In this document: positions 28,842 to 38,078 of the stretch, piece by piece
Layout: every line of letters starts with the position of its first letter
Numbering within the stretch: position 1 is the stretch's first letter
NCBI GenBank assembly: GCA_001805445.1
Contig: MHGF01000028.1
Location: 9,651-73,650 of the forward strand
Source of the DNA: Omnitrophica WOR_2 bacterium GWF2_43_52
GTDB taxonomy: Bacteria; Omnitrophota; Gorgyraeia; Gygaellales; UBA12090
Reading direction: 5' to 3'
DNA length: 64,000 bases
The notes under the pieces: model-generated
What the model was told of the DNA's origin: nothing
The model's input: only the letters and a program-made list of their open reading frames with translations
Databases searched by the model: none
Program-made: the position numbers and the translations under genes

Positions 28842-29849
28842 CTATAAGGATGGTATGGCCGCGTTTTGATTTTCCTGTTGAAGCGTTACCTTGCGCGCGT
28901 TTATTTTAACCTGGTCGGCCCTGCCGGATAAAGCAGCCTCAGATATCCTCACAATAAGCTCAGGGAAAGGAATCCCTTTATACAGCGCGGCCTTAGGAAG
29001 CAGGCTTGTGGCGGTAAATCCCGGGATGGTATTTACCTCAAGAATAAAAGGTGTATTATCATGACGCAAAATAATATCTACCCGAGAAAAGAAAGAACAT
29101 CCGAGCGCCTCATGCGCCGCGTACGCGGCCTCCTTAACTACCCGCATAAGCTCTAAAGATAATGCCGCGGGCACACAGTACTCAGTCTGGCCTGGCTCAT
29201 ACTTGGCCCTATAATCAAAAAAACGGCGCTTCGGCTTTATTTCAATTGCCTCTAAAGGAGAATCTTCAAATATGCCCACGGTCAATTCTCTGCCCGCGAT
29301 ATATTCCTCAACGATTACTTTTCTATCGTAGCGGAACGCCTCATCTATCGCGCCTTTTAATTGTGTTTGATTTTCAACAATTGAAAGCCCGATACTTGAA
29401 CCTCCGCCGGCAGGTTTAACAACCAAAGGAAACGTTAACACGCTTTTGCTATTTTTACGATTTTTCTCTATACTGTAATACCTCGGGCAGAGTAACCCCG
29501 CGTCCTGAAAAATTTTTCTTGAGGCAATTTTATCCATTGCCAGAGCGCTTGCCCGCGGCCCGGAACCAGTATAAGGAATACCTATTTCCTCTAAAATAGA
29601 CTGTATCTTCCCATCTTCGCCAAAACTACCATGGAGCGCCAAGAATGCGAGGCCGATATCATAGGAAAGCAGTAAATCCCGCGCATACTGTTTATCAGCT
29701 TTCTTAATATCAATCTCTAGTGCCTCACTACCTCGGGATTTGAGCGCGGCCGCTACTGCTTTGCCTGATTTCAGGGAAACATCCCGCTCTGACGAAACCC
29801 CTCCCATAACCACACCAATACGGATGCCTTCCATCATCTTTGCCTCCAT
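28842..29849 (-). CDS. ddl: D-alanine--D-alanine ligase
   Basis: 335 aa ATP-grasp with Ddl motifs. Confidence 0.9.
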   Translation of the reverse strand: MEAKMMEGIRIGVVMGGVSSERDVSLKSGKAVAAALKSRGSEALEIDIKKADKQYARDLLLSYDIGLAFLALHGSFGEDGKIQSILEEIGIPYTGSGPRASALAMDKIASRKIFQDAGLLCPRYYSIEKNRKNSKSVLTFPLVVKPAGGGSSIGLSIVENQTQLKGAIDEAFRYDRKVIVEEYIAGRELTVGIFEDSPLEAIEIKPKRRFFDYRAKYEPGQTEYCVPAALSLELMRVVKEAAYAAHEALGCSFFSRVDIILRHDNTPFILEVNTIPGFTATSLLPKAALYKGIPFPELIVRISEAALSGRADQVKINARKVTLQQENQNAAIPSL

Positions 29850-29898
29850 CGTACAGAGTATTTTGTTGACGTTTTAAATTTTTTTACGGAAAAACTCC

Positions 29899-30783
29899 CT
29901 ATACAATCTGTATTTCAGCCTCTAAGGTAAGGTTAAATTTCTTCCTTACCTGGGTTTTCATAAGCTTCATTAAAGTTAGGATATCTTTGGCCTCGGCATT
30001 ACCGCGGTTAATGATAAAATTCGCGTGTTTGGTGCTGATCATCGCGTCTCCAATGTGCTTTCCCTTCAGGCCGCATAAATCAATAAGTTTTCCGCTTGAC
30101 TGCCCGCTGCTATTCTTAAAAATACATCCGGCGGAAAATCCATCCAAGCCTTGAGTTTCTTTGCGGTGGTTAAGGAATTTCCGCATCTTGATCTTAATAT
30201 TCTCCTTTCTTTTCTTAAACAGCCTGAACCGGGCACTGACAATGATATATTTTTTAAGATTAGAATAACGGTAGCCGAATTCCAAATCATGGCGGTGCAA
30301 TGTTTTTATGAGCCCGTTGTGTGTCATTACCTCAAGCTCATGGACAAAAGGGCCTATTTCCAGACGCTCAGGCCATCCGACCCCGGCATTAAGCATGACT
30401 GCCCCTCCCACACTTGCCGGTATCCCGCTTAAGAATTCTAATCCTCCCAAACCATGGTCATAAGCGGCCTTCAGCAAGGAAGAAACCCTCACCCCAGCAC
30501 CGGCAACGATATCGTTATCTTCGGCACTACATGCCTTAAAATCTCCCGCGCCTAAGTGGAGTGCCAAGGGAAGGCTTTTTTTGGTAATCAACAGTTTCGA
30601 ACCGCATCCAATCACAAGCCAGGTTAGCTTGCGGGCCTTTATTTTTTTAACCAGGAGCGCTAAGGATTGCCTGTTGAAAGGCTCAATCCATAGTCTTGCC
30701 ACAGGGCCTAGTCGCAGTGTGGTATGCCTGGCTAACGGCTCGTCAAAAAGTATTCTGGCGTTTAAACCGCTGTACCAACTCAT
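29899..30783 (-). CDS. murB: UDP-N-acetylenolpyruvoylglucosamine reductase
   Basis: 294 aa FAD-binding MurB. Confidence 0.85.
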   Translation of the reverse strand: MSWYSGLNARILFDEPLARHTTLRLGPVARLWIEPFNRQSLALLVKKIKARKLTWLVIGCGSKLLITKKSLPLALHLGAGDFKACSAEDNDIVAGAGVRVSSLLKAAYDHGLGGLEFLSGIPASVGGAVMLNAGVGWPERLEIGPFVHELEVMTHNGLIKTLHRHDLEFGYRYSNLKKYIIVSARFRLFKKRKENIKIKMRKFLNHRKETQGLDGFSAGCIFKNSSGQSSGKLIDLCGLKGKHIGDAMISTKHANFIINRGNAEAKDILTLMKLMKTQVRKKFNLTLEAEIQIV

Positions 30784-32188
30784 CGCTTACTTTTCCGATA
30801 TCCCCCGCGCCCAAGGTAAGAATGACATCTGCCTTTTGAGCAATCCGCAGGATATAATCAATAATGTGTTCTTTCTTAAGGTAGACTACGTCTAAATCTG
30901 TAAACCGCTCTTTTATCGCATGGGCAAGCGCTTCTGAAGATACGCCAGAGAGAGGGCGCTCAGAAGCAGCATATATATCGGTAAGTATGAGGCAATCGGC
31001 CGACTGGAAACAGCCGGTAAATTCTTCCATTAGGAATTTAGTCCGGCTATAGCGATGAGGCTGAAAGATAACGATAATCCGCTTATGCGCGATATTCTTT
31101 GCCGCTTCAATAGTGGCCTTAATCTCGCTGGGGTGATGTCCATAATCATCGATTATCTTTATGCCGTTACTATCATATTTGAGCTCGAACCTGCGCTCGG
31201 TGCCTTTAAACGCGGCTAAGCCTGCCTCGATATTTTCCAAGCTAATGCCTAAGTGCCTGCCCAAGGCAATGACGGCTAAGGCATTTGAAACATTATGTTT
31301 CCCGGATAACGCGATGGTAGCTTTCCCCAAAGCTTCCCCTTTATAACAATACGTAAAGCTAGACGAAAAATCATTCAGGTGTATCTCGCGCGCTGAGAAA
31401 TCGTTATCCGGCAATAGCCCAAAATAAGCTATCTGCTTTTGGTAGCCTTGAGTAATCTGGCGTAGTGCCGGGTCATCACCACAGCACAAAAGCCAGCCCG
31501 CGCTTTTAATATGCGCGATAAAATTCGTATAGGCGTTGAGAATATCCTGCCAGCTATGATAAAAATCCAAATGCTCCTTATCAATGTTGGTAACAATAGC
31601 ATAGGTAGGCCGATAATAGAGAAACGTACCGTCGGATTCATCGGCCTCGGCAACAAAATAATCGCTTTTTCCCACACAACAGTTATCATCAAGATTCCGT
31701 AAAATGCCTCCGATGGCAACCGTAGGGCAAAAACCGCAATGCATAAGCAGATGGCTTGCCAGCGCGGTAGTAGTGGTTTTCCCGTGCGCGCCGCTGACGG
31801 CAATACAAATCTTATCCTGCATCAAGCCCGCAAGCGCCTGGGCCCTTCTCATAATAAAAAGCCCTTTTGCTTTTGCCGCTACTAATTCAGGATTATCTTC
31901 GGTAATAGCTGAAGAATACACCACCGTTTCCGCGTTGCCAAGATGCAGAGCGTCGTGGCCCTTAAAGATAACTATCCCTTCTTGCGATAATTTCCTCGTA
32001 AGAGCGCTCTCCTTCAAATCTGAGCCGCTTATGCGATAGCCCTGCTTTATTAAAATCGAAGCAATACCGCTCATTCCGATCCCGCCGATACCGATAAAAT
32101 GAACACGCTTACCTTCAAATTTTGGTTTTTCGGAAGGCTCTGCTTGATTCGCGCACTTGTATGCTCGATGAGTATCTCTTGCCAACAC
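30743..32188 (-). CDS. murC: UDP-N-acetylmuramate--L-alanine ligase
   Basis: 481 aa Mur ligase. 'GTNGKTTTT'-type P-loop ('HGKTTTTAL'). Confidence 0.9.
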   Translation of the reverse strand: MLARDTHRAYKCANQAEPSEKPKFEGKRVHFIGIGGIGMSGIASILIKQGYRISGSDLKESALTRKLSQEGIVIFKGHDALHLGNAETVVYSSAITEDNPELVAAKAKGLFIMRRAQALAGLMQDKICIAVSGAHGKTTTTALASHLLMHCGFCPTVAIGGILRNLDDNCCVGKSDYFVAEADESDGTFLYYRPTYAIVTNIDKEHLDFYHSWQDILNAYTNFIAHIKSAGWLLCCGDDPALRQITQGYQKQIAYFGLLPDNDFSAREIHLNDFSSSFTYCYKGEALGKATIALSGKHNVSNALAVIALGRHLGISLENIEAGLAAFKGTERRFELKYDSNGIKIIDDYGHHPSEIKATIEAAKNIAHKRIIVIFQPHRYSRTKFLMEEFTGCFQSADCLILTDIYAASERPLSGVSSEALAHAIKERFTDLDVVYLKKEHIIDYILRIAQKADVILTLGAGDIGKVSDELVQRFKRQNTF

Positions 32189-32200
32189 GCTCGACCTTTC

Positions 32201-33094
32201 TTATTCCTTTACATACCTAAGCCAGCCTTTGTCTAATTCTTCAAGATTTTTAAAAACTCTATATGATTCTTCTATTGCCTGATCAAAGTTCTTGCGCTCC
32301 TTCAAGGCTTTACACAACCGTACAAAATTATCTCTACCGAATTTGGTAATCAAATACTCGACCACGCTGATTGCCTCTGTATAGTAAAGGTCAACAACTT
32401 CTGTATCTTTAACAAACATGATATTGATTTCTGAAAGCTTAGTGAGCGGAATAAGCTTTCTTTCTTCTATTGCCTTGAGGAGTTTCTTTTTAATGTCCTT
32501 TCTCCTGAATTTTTCCTGGTACATCGCGACCCCCTCATCGAGCCAAATGGGGGCATTGTTCTGGATGCCGATAAACTCCCTGAAAATAATATGCCCTAAT
32601 TCATGGGGAAGCAACGATTGGAAGAACCCCTGAGCCCAGGGATAAGTCTCGATTGCCTTTTCATGATAAGAGGCAACCCCTCCGCTCCATGAAGGCTTGC
32701 CGGTCTTTTCCTGATAATCCTCGGCATTATTATAAATATAAATCTTTGCCCGGTTATCCCAACGCCAAAAGTTGTAACGGGTAAATCCTAATTCCTCTGC
32801 AATGCTTTTGTAATATTCCTCCGCGTTTTCAACAGTTTTCCGGACAAAATCTTCCTTAACCTCTTTATAGTATACGATAAAATGCTCGCTTTTCTGTGTA
32901 TTCCACTTTTCATCGTCACCGGCAAATAAAAAGCGCTGGCCCGAGAATAAAAGAAATACCGCAAAAAGAATGCGTGTTGTCATTCCAGAGCATGTACGCG
33001 TTTTCTCCTCCATGATTACCTTATGCGTAGACATTGTATCAAGATAAAAATCTGACTGCGAGCCTCGCCAATCGTGCCGCGCCATCGCTAACAC
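32201..33094 (-). CDS. Membrane-anchored putative gluzincin metallopeptidase (HExxH...E) inserted in the dcw cluster
   Basis: 297 aa. N-terminal TM or signal. 'HELGHIIF' plus a downstream 'WLDEGVAMYQE' third-ligand Glu. Confidence 0.6.
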   Translation of the reverse strand: MLAMARHDWRGSQSDFYLDTMSTHKVIMEEKTRTCSGMTTRILFAVFLLFSGQRFLFAGDDEKWNTQKSEHFIVYYKEVKEDFVRKTVENAEEYYKSIAEELGFTRYNFWRWDNRAKIYIYNNAEDYQEKTGKPSWSGGVASYHEKAIETYPWAQGFFQSLLPHELGHIIFREFIGIQNNAPIWLDEGVAMYQEKFRRKDIKKKLLKAIEERKLIPLTKLSEINIMFVKDTEVVDLYYTEAISVVEYLITKFGRDNFVRLCKALKERKNFDQAIEESYRVFKNLEELDKGWLRYVKE

Positions 33095-34160
33095 AAAATG
33101 TCCGAATATTTTTTTCTAGCGCCTGGCGTTCCGCCGCTGAATCCATCAGGCCGCGGATAGTTTCGCTTAACCTAACAGCAGTAAGCTCATGTTCTTCGAT
33201 TACCACGGCTGCATTGTGCTTGGCTAACACAGAGGCGTTCTCCCGCTGATGGCCGCCGGCATAAGGATACGGGATCACTATCGCTGCCTTTCCATAATAA
33301 GCAAGCTCAGCGATTGTTCCAGCGCCCGCGCGGCAGACTACCACATCGGCTGCGCTATAGGCCCATTGCATCTGGGGTAAAAAATCAAAAAGGCGATGTT
33401 TAATTGTAGTATAGCGGGAACTTTTTTGCAAGCCTAAATAATCACGCCTTCCCGCGATATGAATAGCTTGCACCTCTCTTTGAGAGTCTAACAAAGAGAG
33501 CGCCTGGCTAAATTCATTGTTTATTCGATGCGACCCCTGACTGCCGCCAAGGGCCATAATGGTAAATCTGTCCTCCAAGTTAAAAAACCCGAGCGCCTCT
33601 TTCCTGTTTTTTGGCGTTAACGAAGCCCGTAAGGGGTTTCCCGTAAAAACACACCGGGGGCTAATTTTTTCTGACTCCTTAAAGCTTACGGCGATCGCGT
33701 CCGCGAAAGGGCTTAACCATTTATTTGCTTTCCCTAAGGATACGTTCTGTTCATGGAGTAGTATATGTTTCTTCAATAACGCCGCCTCAAGAAGTATAGG
33801 AAAACTCACATAAGAGCCAAAACCTATAACGACATCCGGCCTGAACTTTTCAATAATAAAAAATGACTCTATAAAAGATTTTATAAAACCGTATACTGCC
33901 TGCAATAATTTTTTAAGCGGCCCGCTAAAAGGGCGGATAGAAATCAGGTAGCACTGATACGGGGCAATGTTACTTTCTATTCCGTTGCGCCGCGAGGAAA
34001 CAAAGGCAATCGTGCACAAAGGGTACTGCCGCGCGATACACTCGGCAAATGAAAGCGCCGGATAAAGATGCCCCGCGCTAGCCCCCGCGGCAATAAGGAT
34101 ACGCCATGCTCCGGCAGTCTTTGATGCGCTCTCTGAAGATAACGAATGCTCAGGGCTCAT
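33039..34160 (-). CDS. murG: UDP-N-acetylglucosamine--N-acetylmuramyl-(pentapeptide) pyrophosphoryl-undecaprenol N-acetylglucosamine transferase
   Basis: 373 aa GT28 family. Confidence 0.9.
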   Translation of the reverse strand: MSPEHSLSSESASKTAGAWRILIAAGASAGHLYPALSFAECIARQYPLCTIAFVSSRRNGIESNIAPYQCYLISIRPFSGPLKKLLQAVYGFIKSFIESFFIIEKFRPDVVIGFGSYVSFPILLEAALLKKHILLHEQNVSLGKANKWLSPFADAIAVSFKESEKISPRCVFTGNPLRASLTPKNRKEALGFFNLEDRFTIMALGGSQGSHRINNEFSQALSLLDSQREVQAIHIAGRRDYLGLQKSSRYTTIKHRLFDFLPQMQWAYSAADVVVCRAGAGTIAELAYYGKAAIVIPYPYAGGHQRENASVLAKHNAAVVIEEHELTAVRLSETIRGLMDSAAERQALEKNIRTFCVSDGAARLARLAVRFLS

Positions 34161-35251
34161 GGATTCTCGCCAAACCGTGCCACGTTAAGCAAAAGGCCCA
34201 CGCCAATCATATCAAAAATTAACGATGAGCCGCCATAACTGATAAAAGGTAATGGCAGCCCTTTTGTAGGAAAGACGCCGGCACTTACCCCGATATTAAT
34301 CACCGCTTTAAGAGAAATTAAAGAAACAATACCCAAACTCAAAAAGGCCCCGAAGGCATCAGAGGCGTATTTAATAATTTTACAGCTGTAAACAAAAAAA
34401 AGAATGAATAAACAAACAACAAACACCGCCGCTATAAATCCCAGTTCTTCCCCGATAATGGAAAAAATAAAATCCGTATGCGCCGCGGGCAGATAGGACA
34501 ACTTCTGAATACTTTTACCTAAACCTTTGCCGAACCAGCCTCCTGAACCCAAAGCAACCTGTGACTGAATAAGCTGAAAACCTGAACCCAAGGGGTCTGC
34601 CCAGGGATTTAAAAATGCCATAATCCTCTGCCGGCGGTACGGAACGCTGAAAACTAACAGGTAAAGAAACGGCACAGCCGCGATAAAAATGTAGAAAAGA
34701 TACCTAAGCTTTGCCCCCGCGGCAAAAAGCATAAGAGCCACAACCATACCCAAAGCCACAACCGTCCCTAAATCCGGCTGTATAAGAATTAAAATACTCA
34801 CCACCCCTAAAACTATTATTGCCGGTAAGAATCCGCTGCTAAAACGCTCCATCCTGCTTACGCCTTTTTTCGATAAGAAGGCAGCCACATACGTAATCAC
34901 CGCTAAATTCGCGAATTCAGAGGGCTGAAAACCAAACCCCCAGATACGAAACCACCGTTTTGCCCCTGAAATCTCCCTGCTTATTCCCGGCACATGTAAA
35001 AGCACCAATAATAATAAAGCGCACAAGACTAAGATTTTCGAGTACTTGGCAAGAACACGATAATCCATCGCCATAACCAAAAATGAGAAAAAGATACCCA
35101 CGGTAATAAAGATCAGCTGTTTTTTAAGAAAATACGCGCTATCTTTATATTTTTCCCAGCTATAAATAGCAGTTGAGCTGTAAATCATGACTACGCCTAT
35201 AGCAAGTAAAGTCAGCACAATCATTACGAGGGAAATTCTTATATGGCGCAT
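34157..35251 (-). CDS. ftsW: Cell division protein FtsW (SEDS peptidoglycan polymerase)
   Basis: 364 aa SEDS family. Position murD-ftsW-murG. Confidence 0.9.
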   Translation of the reverse strand: MRHIRISLVMIVLTLLAIGVVMIYSSTAIYSWEKYKDSAYFLKKQLIFITVGIFFSFLVMAMDYRVLAKYSKILVLCALLLLVLLHVPGISREISGAKRWFRIWGFGFQPSEFANLAVITYVAAFLSKKGVSRMERFSSGFLPAIIVLGVVSILILIQPDLGTVVALGMVVALMLFAAGAKLRYLFYIFIAAVPFLYLLVFSVPYRRQRIMAFLNPWADPLGSGFQLIQSQVALGSGGWFGKGLGKSIQKLSYLPAAHTDFIFSIIGEELGFIAAVFVVCLFILFFVYSCKIIKYASDAFGAFLSLGIVSLISLKAVINIGVSAGVFPTKGLPLPFISYGGSSLIFDMIGVGLLLNVARFGENP

Positions 35252-35320
35252 ATCAGTGAGCGGGTAAACGGGTTCGCGGGTGAACGGGTTAACTCATAAA
35301 CCCGCTCACCGGCTCACTCG

Positions 35321-36604
35321 CTAACCGGTTAACCTATTTACTATCTCCTTAAACACCTTTCCCCTATGTTCATAGTTTTCAAACATATCGAAACTCGCGC
35401 ACATGGGAGAAAGCAAGACACAATCCCCTGGTTGGGCATTACTAAAACTAACCTTAACCGCCTCCTCAAGGCTTGAGACTTCTGTAATAGGTAAAACACC
35501 GTTAAGTGCCGCGCGTATTTTATCTTTAGCCTCTCCAAACAAAACAAGGAGCTTTACCTTGAGCTTCATTACACTAGCAATCTGGCGGTAATCGCTTTTT
35601 TTATCCCGCCCTCCGGCAATCAAAAAAGCCGGTTTATGGATAGTATGCAATGCCCATACAGTAGAATCAACATTCGTTGCCTTTGAATCATTGATAAAAT
35701 CTATTTCGTTAATGGTACGGACTACTTCCATACGATGCTCAACGCCCTTGAAGTTACAAAACACTTCATCACTCACAGCATCGGGGATAGCAAAAATAGT
35801 GGCAACCGCCTTTACCGCAAGGTGATTGGGATTCAGATTGCTTTCTCCACTCTTTAGGTGGTTGTGCATACTGAAAAAAACCGTCTTTGCCCTGGTTTCC
35901 TGTGACAATACCCTGAGTGATGGATCATCGTAATTAAGTACCGTAAAGTCATGCTCATCCTGATTCATGAAAATTCGTTTTTTTGCCTGAAAGTATTCCC
36001 GCATATCTTTGTAACGGTCAAGATGATCGGGAGTCAGATTTAAAATCACCGATACGCGAGGTTTAAAATTACGAATGGTTTCTAATTGAAAAGAACTTAC
36101 CTCCAGTGAAACAAAATCATCTTTGGTAAGGTTCAAAACCTCTTGCGAAAACGGCCTACCGATATTGCCTAAGGCTAACGCCTTCTTCCCGGATGCCTCT
36201 AACACCTTAGCCATCAGGGTAGTAACCGTGGTCTTGCCGTTTGTCCCGGTAACGGCAATGACGGTTGCCGGGCACAACGACCATGCCAGCTCTATCTCGC
36301 TTATAACAGGAATACGCAATGTATCAGCCCACCGTAAGGCCTCTGAGGTATTACTCACCCCGGGGCTTACTACCAGCAAATCCTTGTTACGGATAAAATC
36401 TAAAGTATGCCCTCCGATTTCTACGATAAAACCCTTCCTTCGCAAATCCTCGGCACTTGCCTTTATCTTTTCCTGCGAGCCGCTGTCGCTAAGGAATACC
36501 TCGGCCCCTGCCTCTCTAAGCAAATGCCCGGCCGCAATTCCGCTTCGCGCCATGCCAACTACCACAACTTTTTTATTTTTGTAACTTAGCCCTTTCTCCA
36601 TCAT
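35321..36604 (-). CDS. murD: UDP-N-acetylmuramoylalanine--D-glutamate ligase
   Basis: 427 aa Mur ligase. 'GTNGKTTVT'. Confidence 0.9.
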   Translation of the reverse strand: MMEKGLSYKNKKVVVVGMARSGIAAGHLLREAGAEVFLSDSGSQEKIKASAEDLRRKGFIVEIGGHTLDFIRNKDLLVVSPGVSNTSEALRWADTLRIPVISEIELAWSLCPATVIAVTGTNGKTTVTTLMAKVLEASGKKALALGNIGRPFSQEVLNLTKDDFVSLEVSSFQLETIRNFKPRVSVILNLTPDHLDRYKDMREYFQAKKRIFMNQDEHDFTVLNYDDPSLRVLSQETRAKTVFFSMHNHLKSGESNLNPNHLAVKAVATIFAIPDAVSDEVFCNFKGVEHRMEVVRTINEIDFINDSKATNVDSTVWALHTIHKPAFLIAGGRDKKSDYRQIASVMKLKVKLLVLFGEAKDKIRAALNGVLPITEVSSLEEAVKVSFSNAQPGDCVLLSPMCASFDMFENYEHRGKVFKEIVNRLTG

Positions 36605-36650
36605 ACTCTCTACTCTCTACTCTCTACTCTCTACTCTCTACTCTCTACTT
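36603..36650. repeat. Heptanucleotide tandem repeat (ctctact x about 7) in the murD-mraY intergenic region
   Basis: Read directly from the sequence. Coordinates plus or minus 2. Confidence 0.85.
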
Positions 36651-36651
36651 T

Positions 36652-37746
36652 TTACCGTATTTTTAACGTTGCTAAGGTAAGCACCGCCAAGATTATCCCC
36701 ACTATCCAGAAGCGCACAATTACTTTACTTTCCGGGCAACCTAAGACCTGAAAATGATGGTGTAAAGGAGCAACTTTAAATATCCGCTTTCCTTTTCGCA
36801 GCCGAAACGACCCGACCTGTAAAATTACCGATAATGCCTCAACAACAAAGATTCCACCGACAACAACCAAAAGAAGTTCTTTTTTAATAAAAACCGCTAT
36901 AGTCCCGATAGCCCCTCCTAATGCCAAAGAGCCTATATCGCCCATAAAGACGCTTGCCGGAAAACAATTAAACCATAAAAACCCCAAACCCGCTCCTAAA
37001 ATACTCGCGCAAAAAACAGTCAATTCCCCTGAGCCGGGAATAAAAGGAATCAACAAATATTTACTAAAAACAAGATGGCCAGAGACATAACTTAAAATAG
37101 TATAGGTCAATGTCACCATAATGGTAGAACCAATAGCCAGGCCATCCAACCCATCCGTAAGATTAACGGCGTTGGAACAACCCACAACCACGACCATAAC
37201 AAAAAAGATATAAAACAATCCCAGATTAAGCATACTTTCTTTTAAAAAAGGGACATCAATGTGCGGCCCAAGATTTTTGTCATAATAGGCAAAGAGGCCA
37301 ACACCTAATCCTATCAACGCCTGGGGGATGAATTTCTCCGTAATACTAAGGCCCTTGGAACGTTTTTTGGTAAGTTTGATATAATCATCGCGAAACCCTA
37401 TCCAGCTAAAGCATAGAGTTACGACAAGAGTAAGAAGGATATAGCGATTCTGTAAATCCGCCCAGAGCAAAACCGAGAGCACAATACTTAACAAAATAAG
37501 GATCCCGCCCATGGTGGGAGTACCGGCCTTTGAGCTATGCAGCTGATATAAATCCAGGCACTCCTCAGCGCTGCGTAAGTGCTGGCCTATCTTTAACTGG
37601 GCGAGCTTACGAATCAGCCAGGGCCCAAAAATAATGCTGATAAGAAAAGCCGTCGTAGCGGCTAAGACGGCTCTGAAGGTGATATACTTAAAAATGTTAA
37701 AAAAAGAATGGAACTCTCTGAGAGGATAAAGGAGATGAAAAAGCAT
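36652..37746 (-). CDS. mraY: Phospho-N-acetylmuramoyl-pentapeptide transferase
   Basis: 364 aa polytopic. MraY motifs. Confidence 0.92.
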   Translation of the reverse strand: MLFHLLYPLREFHSFFNIFKYITFRAVLAATTAFLISIIFGPWLIRKLAQLKIGQHLRSAEECLDLYQLHSSKAGTPTMGGILILLSIVLSVLLWADLQNRYILLTLVVTLCFSWIGFRDDYIKLTKKRSKGLSITEKFIPQALIGLGVGLFAYYDKNLGPHIDVPFLKESMLNLGLFYIFFVMVVVVGCSNAVNLTDGLDGLAIGSTIMVTLTYTILSYVSGHLVFSKYLLIPFIPGSGELTVFCASILGAGLGFLWFNCFPASVFMGDIGSLALGGAIGTIAVFIKKELLLVVVGGIFVVEALSVILQVGSFRLRKGKRIFKVAPLHHHFQVLGCPESKVIVRFWIVGIILAVLTLATLKIR

Positions 37747-37857
37747 AGCTTACAATAACAGAGAGTACAGCATCAAACGCTGGAGCTCCGCATAGAAATA
37801 AAGTAGCGTTGAGAATTTAAGCATACTGCCGAACGACGGTTATCGCACATGCACATA

Positions 37858-38048
37858 CATATAGTGCTCCGTTAACTTAATTCTTACTGGTATAGCGAAA
37901 GTTAACTCCGCACTTCCGCTAGGGGGGCAAGCCCCCCTTCGGCGCTCTCCGCCTACGGCGGATCGCTGAGCACCCCCCAAACGTGAGGGACGGTCTCCCC
38001 CACACCCCCTTACTGCGTTATGACATCAAAAATTAATATTACAACGCA
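37858..38048. repeat. Y-family structured repeat, copy 2, inside the dcw cluster (murF-mraY spacer)
   Basis: tagtgctccgttaa box, hairpins with covariation relative to copy 3, ctgagcaccccccaaacgtg core. Confidence 0.8.
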
Positions 38049-38078
38049 GTAGACACTATAAAGCCTTACAGATTATGA

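Noticed and set aside
35262-35320. Long GC-rich palindrome (gagcgggt...acccgctc) between ftsW and murD as a possible additional repeat-family member
   Set aside because: It shows no similarity to the X or Y cores. It is most simply an intra-operon stem-loop (attenuator/RNase site) and is not separately reportable.
37845-37860. ATG directly after the acggagcactat box inside Y copy 2, as a possible gene start
   Set aside because: The downstream frames terminate within 6-27 codons, so no protein is plausible. The box is part of the repeat here.
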